Notes: generated from the sequence alone by a model not told the origin. A stretch of DNA of 63,435 nucleotides, filler included, from Octopus bimaculoides (GCF_001194135.2; 9 parts of 8 records of this genome joined end to end with filler, not necessarily neighbours in it); one strand, 5' to 3'. Numbered from the whole stretch's first letter, positions 1 to 11,360 are shown. Numbers and translations: made by a program.

Positions 1-545
1 GGTTACTGTAATTCACTCAATGAACAAAAAAAATTCCAATGATTCCAAGATGGGCCCCCCCCCCACCCACATTAGGAGGTCGGAGTGCTTGATTCCACGC
101 AAAAGATCCAAGGTTTTTTGTTTTCCTTAGTGAAACACATGAAGGTGTACTTCCCAAAATTTACCAAAATTCTATATGAATGGATAGAGTGGTGTGTGAA
201 GGAAAGATAAGATTATGATGAGAAACCAGGGTGTATCCACAAGGTAATATGTCCAAGAGAATGTGGTGATAGTAGAGTAAGGAAAGGTGGATAATGGTTA
301 CCAGAGTGCAATCCTATTCTACTTAAGCATCAGGTTTTGGAAGGATAGAGGAAGAAGGAACAGCAAGATATGGGTAGTAGTGGTAGTGGAAGGGGATAAT
401 CAATATACATAGATTCAGTGCTTTCTTAATTTTTGGTGGTATGGTATGGTGAGTAGAGGGGATGGCCAGGAAATGAGAGGGTACAGCTCATAGAAGAGAT
501 GTTGAAATGTGAGGGTATAAATAGGTACTAGGCACTGAGATGTAT
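1..545 (-). mobile_element. Highly degraded retroelement remnant, probably Penelope-like RT C-terminal region
   Basis: Purine-rich + strand. The minus strand gives fragments faintly resembling Penelope RT (LSFLD.., ..LCSDN.., .GY(P/T)). Shares GTTGAAATGTGAGGGTA with 42025-43075. No intact frame. Confidence 0.35.
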
Positions 546-599
546 GCACTATTCCATTATTTTATTGAGTGTTTCACCAAGCATGTGTAAGAGGCTGGA

Positions 600-830
600 T
601 CATCTGCAGCATCACATATTGCCAGTCAACACAATCTTCTGTCATCTATATCAGATGTAACATCTTGAGATCATTTTTATCACCTAGTCCCCCTGTCTTC
701 TTTCATCTCCCTCTTCCACAAATATCATTCAATTTGAATACTCAGCACTTGCTTATGCAGCTGTTACCTTCCATCTACATTGTATGCCCACACCATTGGA
801 ATTTCTTTTCTGGCATGTTGCATCTAATTC
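600..830 (-). mobile_element. RTE-clade LINE ORF 3' fragment (degraded)
   Basis: Minus strand reads approximately ..WCGHTM*MEGNSCISKC..DICGRGR*KKT..IKNDLKMLHL.., parallel to the better copy at 7630-7933. Confidence 0.65.
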
Positions 831-974
831 TCCTTATATCCACTTTGTCTCGCTATCTAAACTCCATTTATGTGCATGGCATATCCAGCAAAGCATGCTC
901 ACCTCATTTCTCTCTCTCTCTTTCTCTCTCTCCACACATATGTGTGTGTATACACATTTAGCTACATACATATA

Positions 975-1915
975 CAAGGGTTGGACAAAATAATGGAAAC
1001 ACCTTAAAATTTGAACAAATTTGTTTTAATATAGGGTAGGACTGCCTTTGGCAGTAATTACAGCTTGAATTATACAAGGTATGAACTCATACAAAGTTTG
1101 AATTCTTTCCAAAGGAATTTTTGTCCATTCTTCAGCTAAAACAGTCTCCAGTTCTTGTAGTGATGATGGTGAAGAATATTGACTCCTTACTTGTTTTTCT
1201 AAAATGCATAATAAATGTTCAATAATATTGAGATCTGGGGACTGTGGTGGCCCGATAAGATGCTTAACTTCACTAGAATGTTCCTCGTGCCATTCAGTAA
1301 CAACTTTAGCTGTGTGAATTGGAGCATTATCATCCTGAAAGATTGCTTTTCCCTCTGGAAACTGTTCTGCAACCATAGAATGAATTTGATCAGATAAAAT
1401 GCTTAAATAGTCTTGACTATTAATTCTGCCATGAAGGGAAACTTTTGGGCTGGTGGATTTCCAAGATATAGCCCCCCCCCCAGATCATCGCAAATCCTCC
1501 TCCATGTTTAACAGTTGGAGGAAGGCAGTCTGGGTCAATTGCTTCTTTTGGCTGTCTCCACATGTATACACAGCTGGTGGTCAGAAATAAAGTAAAGGAT
1601 GACTCGTCCAAGAAAATAACATTCTTCCACTGCTCTAGGGACCAATTCTGTAGGTTTTTACTCCACTCTAAATGCTTTGCAACGTTTGTTTTTGAAAGTC
1701 GTGGTTTTCTGATTGCAGCCCTCCCATCCAATCCAGCTTTGTGCAGCTCCCAGCAAACAGTTTTTGTGAAACTGGGTTCTCGAGGTGGTCATTAAGCTCT
1801 GCAGTAATTTTGGGGGCTGTACTTTTGTGATCCTTTCTAATAATTTATGTAAGAGTCCGATGGTCCCTATCTGAAAATTTTGGTTTTCTTCCAAGACTGT
1901 GGATCTGAGAGTTGA
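975..1915 (-). mobile_element. Tc1-like DNA transposon, 3' two-thirds; transposase pseudogene with DD36E spacing
   Basis: TA (973-974) then TIR-like CAAGGGTTGGACAAAATAATGGAAACACC. Minus-strand ORFs 1420-1731 (RKPRLS..WKNVIFLDES..VKHGGG..WG) and 1026-1376 (FQDDNAPIH..PPQSPDLNIIE) are joined by a +1 slip in the 10-C run at 1472-1481. A further frameshift and stop lie upstream (GRKPKFSDRDHRTLT*). Confidence 0.9.
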
Positions 1916-1920
1916 ATACG

Positions 1921-1988
1921 TTGAATAATTAACTGATCCTCCTGTATTTTCTTTTACCCCAAACCAGGAACTTTTCAGCACCCTTTCA
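1921..1988 (-). mobile_element. Terminal fragment of a mariner-type MITE (same family as 30394-30593)
   Basis: Minus strand TA+TGAAAGGGTGCTGAAAAGTTCCTGGTTTGGGGTAAAAGAAAATACAGGAGGATCAGTTAATTA matches the left end of the 30394 element. It truncates the Tc1 copy. Confidence 0.6.
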
Positions 1989-2052
1989 TACATACATACA
2001 TACATACATACATACATACATACATACATACATACATACATACGTACGTACA

Positions 2053-2083
<31 letters not shown>

Positions 2084-2110
2084 GTACGTATGCATGTATA
2101 ATACATATGC
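1989..2110. repeat. (TACA)n microsatellite
   Basis: Direct reading. Confidence 0.95.
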
Positions 2111-2516
2111 ACTTATCCATCATCACTACCACCACTAGAATTTGTGACTTGGTTCAGTTTTAAAGGTTGAGATTCAGAAAGCATTTATTTTTCTGCCACT
2201 ATTTTCCTGTGAGTTTTATCATTAATTTCTATAGCTTCTCATTTCAAAGAATTTCATGTTGTTCCATCAGGGACCATGCTCTTGCAATTACTAATATGAA
2301 TAATATTCTTCAAATAATGTTTGATTCTGTCATAGTAGCATTATTTGACAGGTTCAACACATCTCGTACTATTATTTAGTTTATTTTGGATCACAGATTT
2401 TTAGATGTAGGTGTTGTCATGATTATCTCTTACTCTGGGTTTTTTAAAACTCTTATATTGAGTGAAAATAAGTGTGAAACATGGGATATATGTACCTATG
2501 GTAATTGTAATTGTTA

Positions 2517-2556
2517 TCATCATCACCATCATTTAATGTCTGTTTTCCATGTGGGT
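2517..2556 (-). mobile_element. Short 3' tail of RTE-type LINE/SINE
   Basis: TCATCATCACCATCATTTAATGTCTGTTTTCCATG is the reverse complement of the shared ..CATGGAAAACGGACGTTAAA(TGA)n tail. Confidence 0.55.
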
Positions 2557-3720
2557 TGAACCATATTTCTATGAATTGGGCCTGCCTTAGTTATTTAGGC
2601 AGTGTTAAAGATTATTCAGAAAGTGGGGTTCTGCATGGTCAGATTATATCACTGAAAACTTTATCTTAAATTCCAAATAGTTTTTCTTTTGGGGAAAGAA
2701 AAACATGCACCTTGGCATTTGTTGACATGAAGCTTTGTTAATCCAATACCAGTTACAGAATAAGTGCAATATAAAATAATGAATTTTTGACATAACAGTG
2801 GACTTGGGGTAAGATGGAACTAAAATTGTAGGAATAGAATCTTATTTTTAATATTCTAATAATCTCTTAAGCAATGAATTCACTTTGTATTCATGTAAAA
2901 CTGTGAATTTGATTAAATTTCAGTGAATATGGCTTGATCATAAGTTGATGGCCAAAATTCACTTGCCCACATATCTGAGTAGATTTCTAAAAACACATGG
3001 TGAAGGCTGGAACTGGGACCTGCATGCAATCATTTAGTTTAATGTATGGCTGAATTATTTTTTTTAAAGTTAAATGTTGTGGCAATGAAATTTTGAGGTT
3101 GTTATTGTAACTTTTAGATCCAGATAGTTAAACAGCTTGGTTAACTTTTTTCCTGAATTTATCTGCTTATTACTGTTCATATTTTTGGAGATTAATAAGT
3201 CATCATTTCTATATATTCTGCTGTTAATAGCTTTAAATGTATTCAGGATTAAATCTATAACAAATAGTCCAATTAAGTTTGAAATTTCTGTGATTGCAAG
3301 CTCATAAGCTTGCAAAGAAAAGTTCTGTATTAGGTCTTTGATTTATATCCTATTGGTAAAAGACTAACTCAATTTTTAGTATGCATAATTATTATCTTAA
3401 TATCTGCAATATTAAGCAAGAATATAGAGTTTTTAAAAGTGAAAACTTAGCTACAGAAGGGCAATAATCAATTATATGAAATTACTGTTGTTCCAAAAAT
3501 GTACTGGGATATTTCCAGATATTATTTGCTACTTTTGCCTTTTATATATTATAATTTGTCTTAGTTCTGTTTATTTAGATTTTTTCAATCTGGTTGTGTT
3601 TATGGATCTTGATAGCAATATAAAGTTGTTTTAAGGCAAGAATATCTTCTATGTTAAAACTCAAAATTATGATTTTTATAGAATTTAATGTATTATTAGT
3701 GTTGTTAATAATTATTATTA

Positions 3721-4117
3721 GGCGCATGAGTGGCTGTGTGGTAAGTAGCTTGCTTACCAACCACATGGTTCCGGGTACAGTACCACTGCGCGGCATCTTG
3801 GGCAAATGTCTTCTACTATAGCCTCGGGCCCACCAAAGCCTTGTGAGTGGATTTGGTAGACGGAAACTGAAAGAAGGCCATCATATATATGCATATATAT
3901 GTGTGTGTGTGTATGTTTGTGTGTATGTCTTTGTCCCCCTTGCATTGCTTGACAACTGATGGTGGTGTGTTTATGTCCCCGTCACTTAGCAGTTCAGCAA
4001 AAGAGACTGATAGAATAAGTACTAGGCTTACAAAGAATAAGTTCCGGGGTCGATTTGCTCGACTAAAGGCGGTGCTCCAGCATGGCTGCAGTCAAATGAC
4101 TGAAACAAGTAAAAGAG
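3721..4117 (+). mobile_element. Full-length tRNA-derived SINE, family A (octopus-type)
   Basis: Head GGCGCATGAGTGGCTGTGTGGTAAG (A-box-like), GGTTCCGGGTACAGTACCAC (B-box-like), internal TA/TG tract, 3' end GGCGGTGCTCCAGCATGGC..GAAACAAGTAAAAGAG. Many homologous copies in the window. Confidence 0.9.
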
Positions 4118-5605
4118 TAGTAGTATTGCTGTTTTCCAGTAGATTTATTATTTATTCATTTCATGCAGTTTCTTTTTGTGTCTACCTTCACAAATAAGTT
4201 GTTTGATTCCAGGATATTCTTTATAGTATTTGCCTGCTACTGCTGAAGGGTGTTGCCTGTTTTTGAATTTTATGTTCTTCATTTTGAAGATGACCATTTT
4301 GAAAGGTCAGAGTTGGAAGACATTTTTTGGTTCTGAAATTGAATTTCAGTTTTCTTTATGTTTTTTATTTAACTTGTAGAAATAAAAGCCTTCCAGCATA
4401 TTCAGTTAACTAGGTCTTATGAATGTGACATTCAGTATTTATTAAAATGTTTGTGTTGTTATGTGCATACTTTCAGATGGAAATGTCTATTAGATAGCTA
4501 TTTCATTATTTAGCTGTTATGTTCAAAGTGCAGAATGGGTTCTACTTAATTAAGAGTGATTCACTAAAAATCTATACAAGTAACAAATCTGTACTGTAAC
4601 ACAATGTGAATTTAGAAAATCTGTGCTAGTAGCAAATCTAGATAATATTGAAGTAGTATTCTGGGATTTTAAAGAAACCATTAAATACGACAAATATATA
4701 GCTTAGTAAAAATTCATGGGGTTTAAACCACCACATTTTAGTAATGTCAAATACACATACTGGAAATATATCTTTCCATCTTGTAATGTTGCATTTACTC
4801 AAAAGAAGGTATTCAACACTAACAAACTTTGTTTATATACAATCATCCTATAATAATCAAATTACATCTATAATTCAAATTGCCAGAAAACAAATGACAT
4901 TAACACTCCTAGGTACAATTGCCATTCGCAAAATTTTTCTAGACAGTTGCTATAGACTGAATCAATTAGTGTTCAATGAAAAGCAACTGTCTAGTAAAAT
5001 TTGTTATCTATGCAGCAACTATCACATTTGATATTAATCAGAATTGAATAGATAACATCAGAATAACAGCAAGTCAATTTAATATTAGATATTATCAGAA
5101 TTATACTTTAGTGCATTACAAAGATAATTCAACATAAGCAAAAAGACCCATATTGAAAAAATAATAATTTAATCTACAATAGTATACAGCATCTTTTAAA
5201 GAAAGCAATACTTATATATAATCTAAATCATTCTGTAATTTAAGTATTATTGTGAAATGCTTAATTGTAATACTAAAACATTGGATAATGATATTGAGTT
5301 AATTTTGTCATGCAAAAATACCATCTTAGATACCATAATTGCATTCCACTTAATATATACGTAAATACTCATAAAATGCAATGGGTTTTTTTTTTAAATA
5401 ACTATTTAATATTATGAACATAAAAATATTGTTTGAATAAGCACTCCTTAAAAATAACTCTTCTGAACTTAGGAGAGTATTTGCATAGAGAGATTGAAAC
5501 AAAATAGCTCTAAATAACTTTGTATAGCAGGTTGCCTAATCAAAATCACATCAAAATATTCTTTGAAGATTAATATATTAATTATCAATAGACTCTTTAG
5601 AACAT

Positions 5606-6235
5606 ATACACACACATACATATCTGCATCATCAACATAGACCACTGACTAACACAGCCACCAATAAAAAATTTGGAACATAGTTACAAAATCATAGCAT
5701 CATAAAACCATAAGAAAAAAATTACATCTTATCATATAAAAGTGGAACCACAGAATTTACCCCACATTCCAAGACATGTAGTATAAAAATTTAAAGTTGT
5801 AATTTGAATTTATATGATCCAGATATGTATATGTATGTATGTGTGTGTATGTATGTATGTGTATAGATATAATAGTTAAATGCTTTAACACTAATCACAC
5901 ACACTTCTTTTCATTTTTGGAGAGCAACAGGTGTACATGTGCAGCATTTAGGCTCTTAACTATTATATGCATGCGAGCATACATACATACATACACACAC
6001 ATACACACATATACATATCTGGATCGTATAAATTCAAATTACAACTTTAAATTTTTATACTACATGTCTTGGAATGTGGGGTAAATTCTGTGGTTCCACT
6101 TTTATATGATAAGATGTAATTTTTTTCTTATGGTTTTATGATGCTATGATTTTGTAACTATGTTCCAAATTTTTTATTGGTGGCTGTGTTAGTCAGTGGT
6201 CTATGTTGATGATGCAGATATGTATGTGTGTGTAT
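5606..6235. repeat. Long near-perfect inverted repeat: arms 5606-5860 and 5981-6235 (255 bp each), 120-bp spacer
   Basis: Manual reverse-complement comparison found no indels and 2 mismatches (near 5814/6027 and 5835/6006). Confidence 0.97.
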
Positions 6236-6300
6236 CTATACTATAAAAGGCAAATTTTCTCTGTGTGTGTGTATGTTTAAAATTCATGCATTTACACAAT
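6235..6300 (+). mobile_element. Helitron-like 5' terminus
   Basis: A|TCTATACTATAAAAGGCAAATTTTCTCTGTGTGTG has the same architecture as the 5' ends at 25492 and 37853. Confidence 0.45.
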
Positions 6301-6371
6301 TCCAAATTTCTTCGATTAAACAATCGCAATTAATATTCTAAATACAATTTGTTAGGTCACTGCGTCATATA

Positions 6372-6400
6372 CTAGCAGAGATACTTGACCTTGCTCAGGA
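6372..6400 (-). mobile_element. Helitron-like 3' terminus
   Basis: Minus strand CCTGAGCAAGGTCAAG-TATCTCTG-CTAG|T parallels CCCGGACAAGGTCGGG-TTATACTG-CTAG|T at 39870-39898. Confidence 0.55.
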
Positions 6401-6426
6401 TTAAAATGGCATAGTTCTTTTATTGT

Positions 6427-6716
6427 TTTACTTGTTTTGCTCATGTGATTGTCGCCATGCTGGAGCACCAGCATTGGTCGAACAAATCGACCACAGGATT
6501 TATTCATTGCAAGCCTAGTACTTTTATTCTATCAGTGTCTTTTGCCAAACCGGTAAGTTATGGAAACATAAACAGAGCAACATCGGTTGTCAAGCAATGG
6601 TGAGGGTACAAACACAGAAACACACACACAAATATACACATATATATGACAGCCTTCTTTCAGTTTCTGTGTGTACAAAATCCACTCACAAGGCTTTTGT
6701 CGGCCTGAATCTATAG

Positions 6717-6718
<2 letters not shown>
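6427..6718 (-). mobile_element. SINE family A, lacking head
   Basis: Reverse complement of the family A body and 3' end (CCATGCTGGAGCACC.., CAAGCCTAGTACTT.., AATCCACTCACAAGGCTTT). Confidence 0.85.
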
Positions 6719-6776
<58 letters not shown>

Positions 6777-6843
6777 CATATCCATATGTATACACATATA
6801 TATCCATATAAATACATACATATATATATATATCCATGTATAT

Positions 6844-6898
<55 letters not shown>

Positions 6899-6921
6899 CA
6901 TACATATACATATATATATAT
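6719..6921. repeat. Compound (TA)/(TG)/(CA) microsatellite
   Basis: Direct reading. Confidence 0.95.
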
Positions 6922-6990
6922 AGGCGCAGGAGTGGCTGTGGGGTAAGTAGCTTGCTTACCAACCACATGGTTCTGGGTTCATTCCCACTG
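6922..6990 (+). mobile_element. SINE family A head, cut by N gap
   Basis: AGGCGCAGGAGTGGCTGTGGGGTAAGTAGCTTGCTTACCAACCACATGGTTCTGGGTTCATTCCCACTG. Confidence 0.85.
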
Positions 6991-7592
6991 NNNNNNNNNN
7001 NNNNNNNNNNNNNNNNNNNNNNNNNNNNNNNNNNNNNNNNNNNNNNNNNNNNNNNNNNNNNNNNNNNNNNNNNNNNNNNNNNNNNNNNNNNNNNNNNNNN
7101 NNNNNNNNNNNNNNNNNNNNNNNNNNNNNNNNNNNNNNNNNNNNNNNNNNNNNNNNNNNNNNNNNNNNNNNNNNNNNNNNNNNNNNNNNNNNNNNNNNNN
7201 NNNNNNNNNNNNNNNNNNNNNNNNNNNNNNNNNNNNNNNNNNNNNNNNNNNNNNNNNNNNNNNNNNNNNNNNNNNNNNNNNNNNNNNNNNNNNNNNNNNN
7301 NNNNNNNNNNNNNNNNNNNNNNNNNNNNNNNNNNNNNNNNNNNNNNNNNNNNNNNNNNNNNNNNNNNNNNNNNNNNNNNNNNNNNNNNNNNNNNNNNNNN
7401 NNNNNNNNNNNNNNNNNNNNNNNNNNNNNNNNNNNNNNNNNNNNNNNNNNNNNNNNNNNNNNNNNNNNNNNNNNNNNNNNNNNNNNNNNNNNNNNNNNNN
7501 NNNNNNNNNNNNNNNNNNNNNNNNNNNNNNNNNNNNNNNNNNNNNNNNNNNNNNNNNNNNNNNNNNNNNNNNNNNNNNNNNNNNNNNNNAAA

Positions 7593-7629
<37 letters not shown>

Positions 7630-7631
<2 letters not shown>

Positions 7632-8390
7632 TGCACACACAACAGAGTGTAAGCACCCTCAGAGAAATGTTCGACATAAGAAGCATCACATGTGGTGTGC
7701 AAGAGAAATGACTGCGCTGGTATAGTCATGTGCTGCGTATGGATGAGGAGAGCTGTGTGAAAAAATGTCACTCCCTAACAGTGGAAGGAACCCATGGAAG
7801 AGGGAGATCCAGCAAGACATGGGATGAGGTGGTGAAGCATGACTTTTGAATGTTGGGCCTCACAGAGGCAATGATGAAAGACCGAGACCTCTGGAGACAT
7901 GCTGTGACTGAGAAGACACAGCAACTAAAGTGAGATCACACTCATAGCCTACACCAGTGTCGCATAACCAGCCCCTTTAAAAAGTACCTCTGAATCGGCA
8001 GGTGACATGCCATGCTTGAGGAGACCTGTTGAGCCAAGTAAAATCAAAATCAAAATTAAATCAAATCAAATCACAATCAAATGGAAATTGTAGTTGTGGC
8101 CGATGCCAGTGCCACCTGACTGGCTCCCATGCTGGTGGCACACAATAAGCACCATTCATGCGTGGATCATTTCCAATGCCGCCTGACTTGCTCCCCATGT
8201 AGTTAGCACATAAAAAGCACCCACTACACTCTTGGAGTGGTTGGCGTTAGGAAGGGCATCCAGCTGTAGAAACACTGCCAGATCAAATTGGAGCCTAGTG
8301 TGGCTTCTTAGCTTTCCAATCCCCAGTCAAACTATCCACCCCATGCCAACATGAAAAACAGACGTTAAACGATGATGAGGATGATGATCT
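7630..8390 (+). mobile_element. RTE-clade LINE 3' end with 3' UTR and (GAT)n tail
   Basis: Reads SVSTLREMFDIRSITCGVQEK*LRWYSHVLRMDEESCVKKCHSLTVEGTHGRGRSSKTWDEVVKHDF*MLGLTEAMMKDRDLWRHAVTEK, ending at ~7933. The UTR ends GGAGTGGTTGGCGTTAGGAAGGGCATCCAGC..GACGTTAAACGATGATGAGGATGATG. Confidence 0.88.
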
Positions 8391-8429
8391 ATATATACAT
8401 ACATACATACATATATATATATATATCTT

Positions 8430-8711
8430 ACGAAACAACCACTTCATGTTTGACAATACTTTCTACCGACAAAAATCCGGAATTGCTATGGGCACTAGGG
8501 CAGCTCTAGTCATTGCGAACCTAACAATGGGTTACTTGGAAATAATAATATACCAGGAATCTTTATCCACCTTTGGAAACACCCTTTCCCAATACATAAA
8601 AGAAAATTTGAAAAGGTTCCTGGACGACTGTTTCATACTCTGGAATGAAAACACAGATGAACTCTTGAAATTCAAAAGTCTATTGAACAGTGTCAACCCA
8701 AACATACAGTT
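8430..8711 (+). mobile_element. Penelope-like element reverse transcriptase fragment
   Basis: Open frame LRNNHFMFDNTFYRQKSGIAMGTRAALVIANLTMGYLE..RFLDDCF..LNSVNPNIQF. The Q..GIAMG and R(F/Y)LDD motifs are typical of Penelope RT. Cut by a linker gap. Confidence 0.85.
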
Positions 8712-8811
8712 NNNNNNNNNNNNNNNNNNNNNNNNNNNNNNNNNNNNNNNNNNNNTTAATTAATTAANNNNNNNNNNNNNNNNNNNNNNNNNNNNNNNNN
8801 NNNNNNNNNNN
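8712..8811. other. Artificial 100-bp join linker (44 N + TTAATTAATTAA + 44 N); also at 17203-17302, 25824-25923, 34274-34373, 36985-37084, 41734-41833, 53633-53732, 57622-57721
   Basis: Same geometry eight times. TTAATTAATTAA places stop codons in all six frames, as expected for a synthetic spacer. Confidence 0.95.
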
Positions 8812-8865
<54 letters not shown>

Positions 8866-9401
8866 ACAAACACATTTATAAACATATACATATATATGTA
8901 CATATATATCTAACGTCTTGTCCGTTAATTTAAGTGTTTATCTAAATATACATGTATTTATCTGTATATCTACTGTCCATCTCTCAAAGCATACATACAT
9001 ACACACGTACATACATGCATACATACATGCACACATACATACATACAAACATGTATCTGTGCGTGTGGGTCTCTGTACGGCCCCTGTGTCTTTCCATGAA
9101 CCTTTCTGTCTATCTTTGTTTCACCTGATGAAGCATATGCGCCACCAATTGGTGCGTAGTTTAAATTATCCCAATGCGGGCATCAAGAGCGGTAACCGCA
9201 GCTTAAACAACGATGGGTGGAGAAAATAGAACTAATTTAAGTGGTGATTGCATAGCGGGAGATAAGAGCTAATCTGATACTCCAACACATACACGCACGT
9301 ACACACGCACAGAACACACACACACACACAGACAAATGCACACATATTGAGGCATGTTTATCGTTTCTACACGCACGCAGACACATATATATTTATAGGG
9401 T

Positions 9402-9408
<7 letters not shown>

Positions 9409-9461
<53 letters not shown>

Positions 9462-9532
9462 GACAGAGAGAGAGAGAGACAGAGAGAGAGACAGAGAGAG
9501 AGACAGAGAGAGAGACAGAGAGAGACAGAGAG
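9409..9532. repeat. (GA)n/(GACAGAGA)n purine microsatellite
   Basis: Direct reading. Confidence 0.95.
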
Positions 9533-9702
9533 ATACATACCAGCATACATACATACATATATGTACACAAAGTGAGGGGATGAGAAAGAGAGAGACGTAT
9601 ACACTCAAACACACACGCATACACACATATACACATACACATTTACAGACATACCTATATATGTGCGTGTGTGTGTGTGTATGTATGTATATGTATGCGT
9701 GT

Positions 9703-9734
<32 letters not shown>

Positions 9735-9905
9735 ATGTACACATCTGAGATATATGTGTGTATAATGGATAATATATATACCTATGTGTACACATATATA
9801 CACACACCTCATATATATATACATATATATATACATATATGTAGATATAGATAAATAGATGGGCATGTATATGTAAGCAAACACACATATCTAAAAGACA
9901 TTGCA

Positions 9906-9949
<44 letters not shown>

Positions 9950-9984
9950 TATTTATATATACATATTACGTTACACATGTATGT

Positions 9985-10019
<35 letters not shown>

Positions 10020-10389
10020 TCCATATGTATGCATGTGGAACCCATTACAGGCTGGGCAGAGTCCCCACTGACTGACTGGCTGAAAGACACGATGAGACAA
10101 AGAGCCTTAAACATCATCTACCACCACTNNNNNNNNNNNNNNNNNNNNNNNNNNNNNNNNNNNNNNNNNNNNNNNNNNNNNNNNNNNNNNNNNNNNNNNN
10201 NNNNNNNNNNNNNNNNNNNNNNNNNNNNNNNNNNNNNNNNNNNNNNNNNNNNNNNNNNNNNNNNNNNNNNNNNNNNNNNNNNNNNNNNCTTCCCGTTCAC
10301 ACTCTAATGGCTTTCTCGTCTTTTGTATTTGTTTAATCATCAACACATAACAGATATCACAAGAAAGACTCCATGCAGCATAGGTGTGG

Positions 10390-10430
<41 letters not shown>

Positions 10431-10512
10431 GATGGCTATATGCTTATATGCATGTTTATCTCTCCCCCCTCTCTCGCTCTCTCTCTCTATATATATATAT
10501 ATGTATATATAC

Positions 10513-10543
<31 letters not shown>

Positions 10544-10551
10544 TATATATA

Positions 10552-10760
10552 TTCTTTTACTTGTTTCAATCATTTGACTGCGGCCTTGCTGGAGCACCGC
10601 TTTTTAGTCGAAGATATCGACCCCAGGACATTCTTTGTAAGCCTAGTACTTATTCTTTCGAACCCTTTTGCCTAACAGCTAACTTACGAGGACATAAAGC
10701 GCACCAGCACCGGTTGTCAAGCGATGGCAGTGGTGGAGGACGCACAGACAGACACAAACC
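10552..10760 (-). mobile_element. SINE family A, 3' half
   Basis: TTCTTTTACTTGTTTCAATCATTTGACTGCGGCCTTGCTGGAGCACCGC..CCCCAGGACATTCTTTGTAAGCCTAGTACTT. Confidence 0.85.
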
Positions 10761-10948
10761 TATCTATTTGTCTGTCTGTGTGTCTATTTATCGACCTATT
10801 TGTTTGTCAGTCTATCTTATATAATAGAGTTACGATCTCATAATTTTTCAGAATTAAGCAGGCTGCTTCTTTAACATTATCAGATAGAGGCTTATCTGCT
10901 AAATCTGGTTCATTATATCAATGCCAGGCACAATTTCAATTTTTACAG

Positions 10949-10997
10949 TTGGAGATCGTATAGTATAATGGACGCAGCCCCACTGTGCGTAGAACAG
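10949..10997 (+). other. Candidate 49-nt exon (unverified)
   Basis: Flanked by TTTCAATTTTTACAG| and CAG|GTAAGA. One frame is open and contains ATAATGG (MDAAPLCVEQ). Splice-signal evidence only. Confidence 0.2.
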
Positions 10998-11060
10998 GTA
11001 AGAACAGGTACCCGGACCGACCAAAGCCTTTTGAAGAATTAGGTAGAAAGAAACCCGTAG

Positions 11061-11143
<83 letters not shown>

Positions 11144-11189
11144 GTAAAAATGTGATACTTATTCGGTAGCCATGATAAAACTTCGAGTT

Positions 11190-11360
11190 TCGGATGCCAG
11201 GGTGGACGGGGCAAGTCGATTAGATCGACACCAGTACGTAACTGGTACTTATCTTATCAATCCCGAAAGGATGAAAAGCAAAGTCGACCTCGGAGGAATT
11301 TGAATGAAATGCTGATAAGCATTTTGCCCGGTCTGCTAACGATTCTGCCACCTAGCCGCC
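11190..11360 (-). mobile_element. tRNA-derived SINE family B
   Basis: Reverse complement of GGCGG..CTGGCAGAATCGTTAGC..AAATTCC..GAGGTCGACTTTGC.TTTCATCCTTTCGGG..AAGTACCAG. Confidence 0.8.

Noticed and set aside
3721-3800. tRNA-like A/B boxes here and at 6922, 49580-49650, 51164 and 57429
   Set aside because: These are SINE heads continuing into SINE bodies, with no complete cloverleaf or acceptor stem, so they are not called tRNA genes.
8756-8767. TTAATTAATTAA recurring at roughly 8.5-kb intervals early in the window
   Set aside because: It is always centred in exactly 44+44 N, so it is a synthetic spacer rather than a periodic biological motif; later spacings are irregular.
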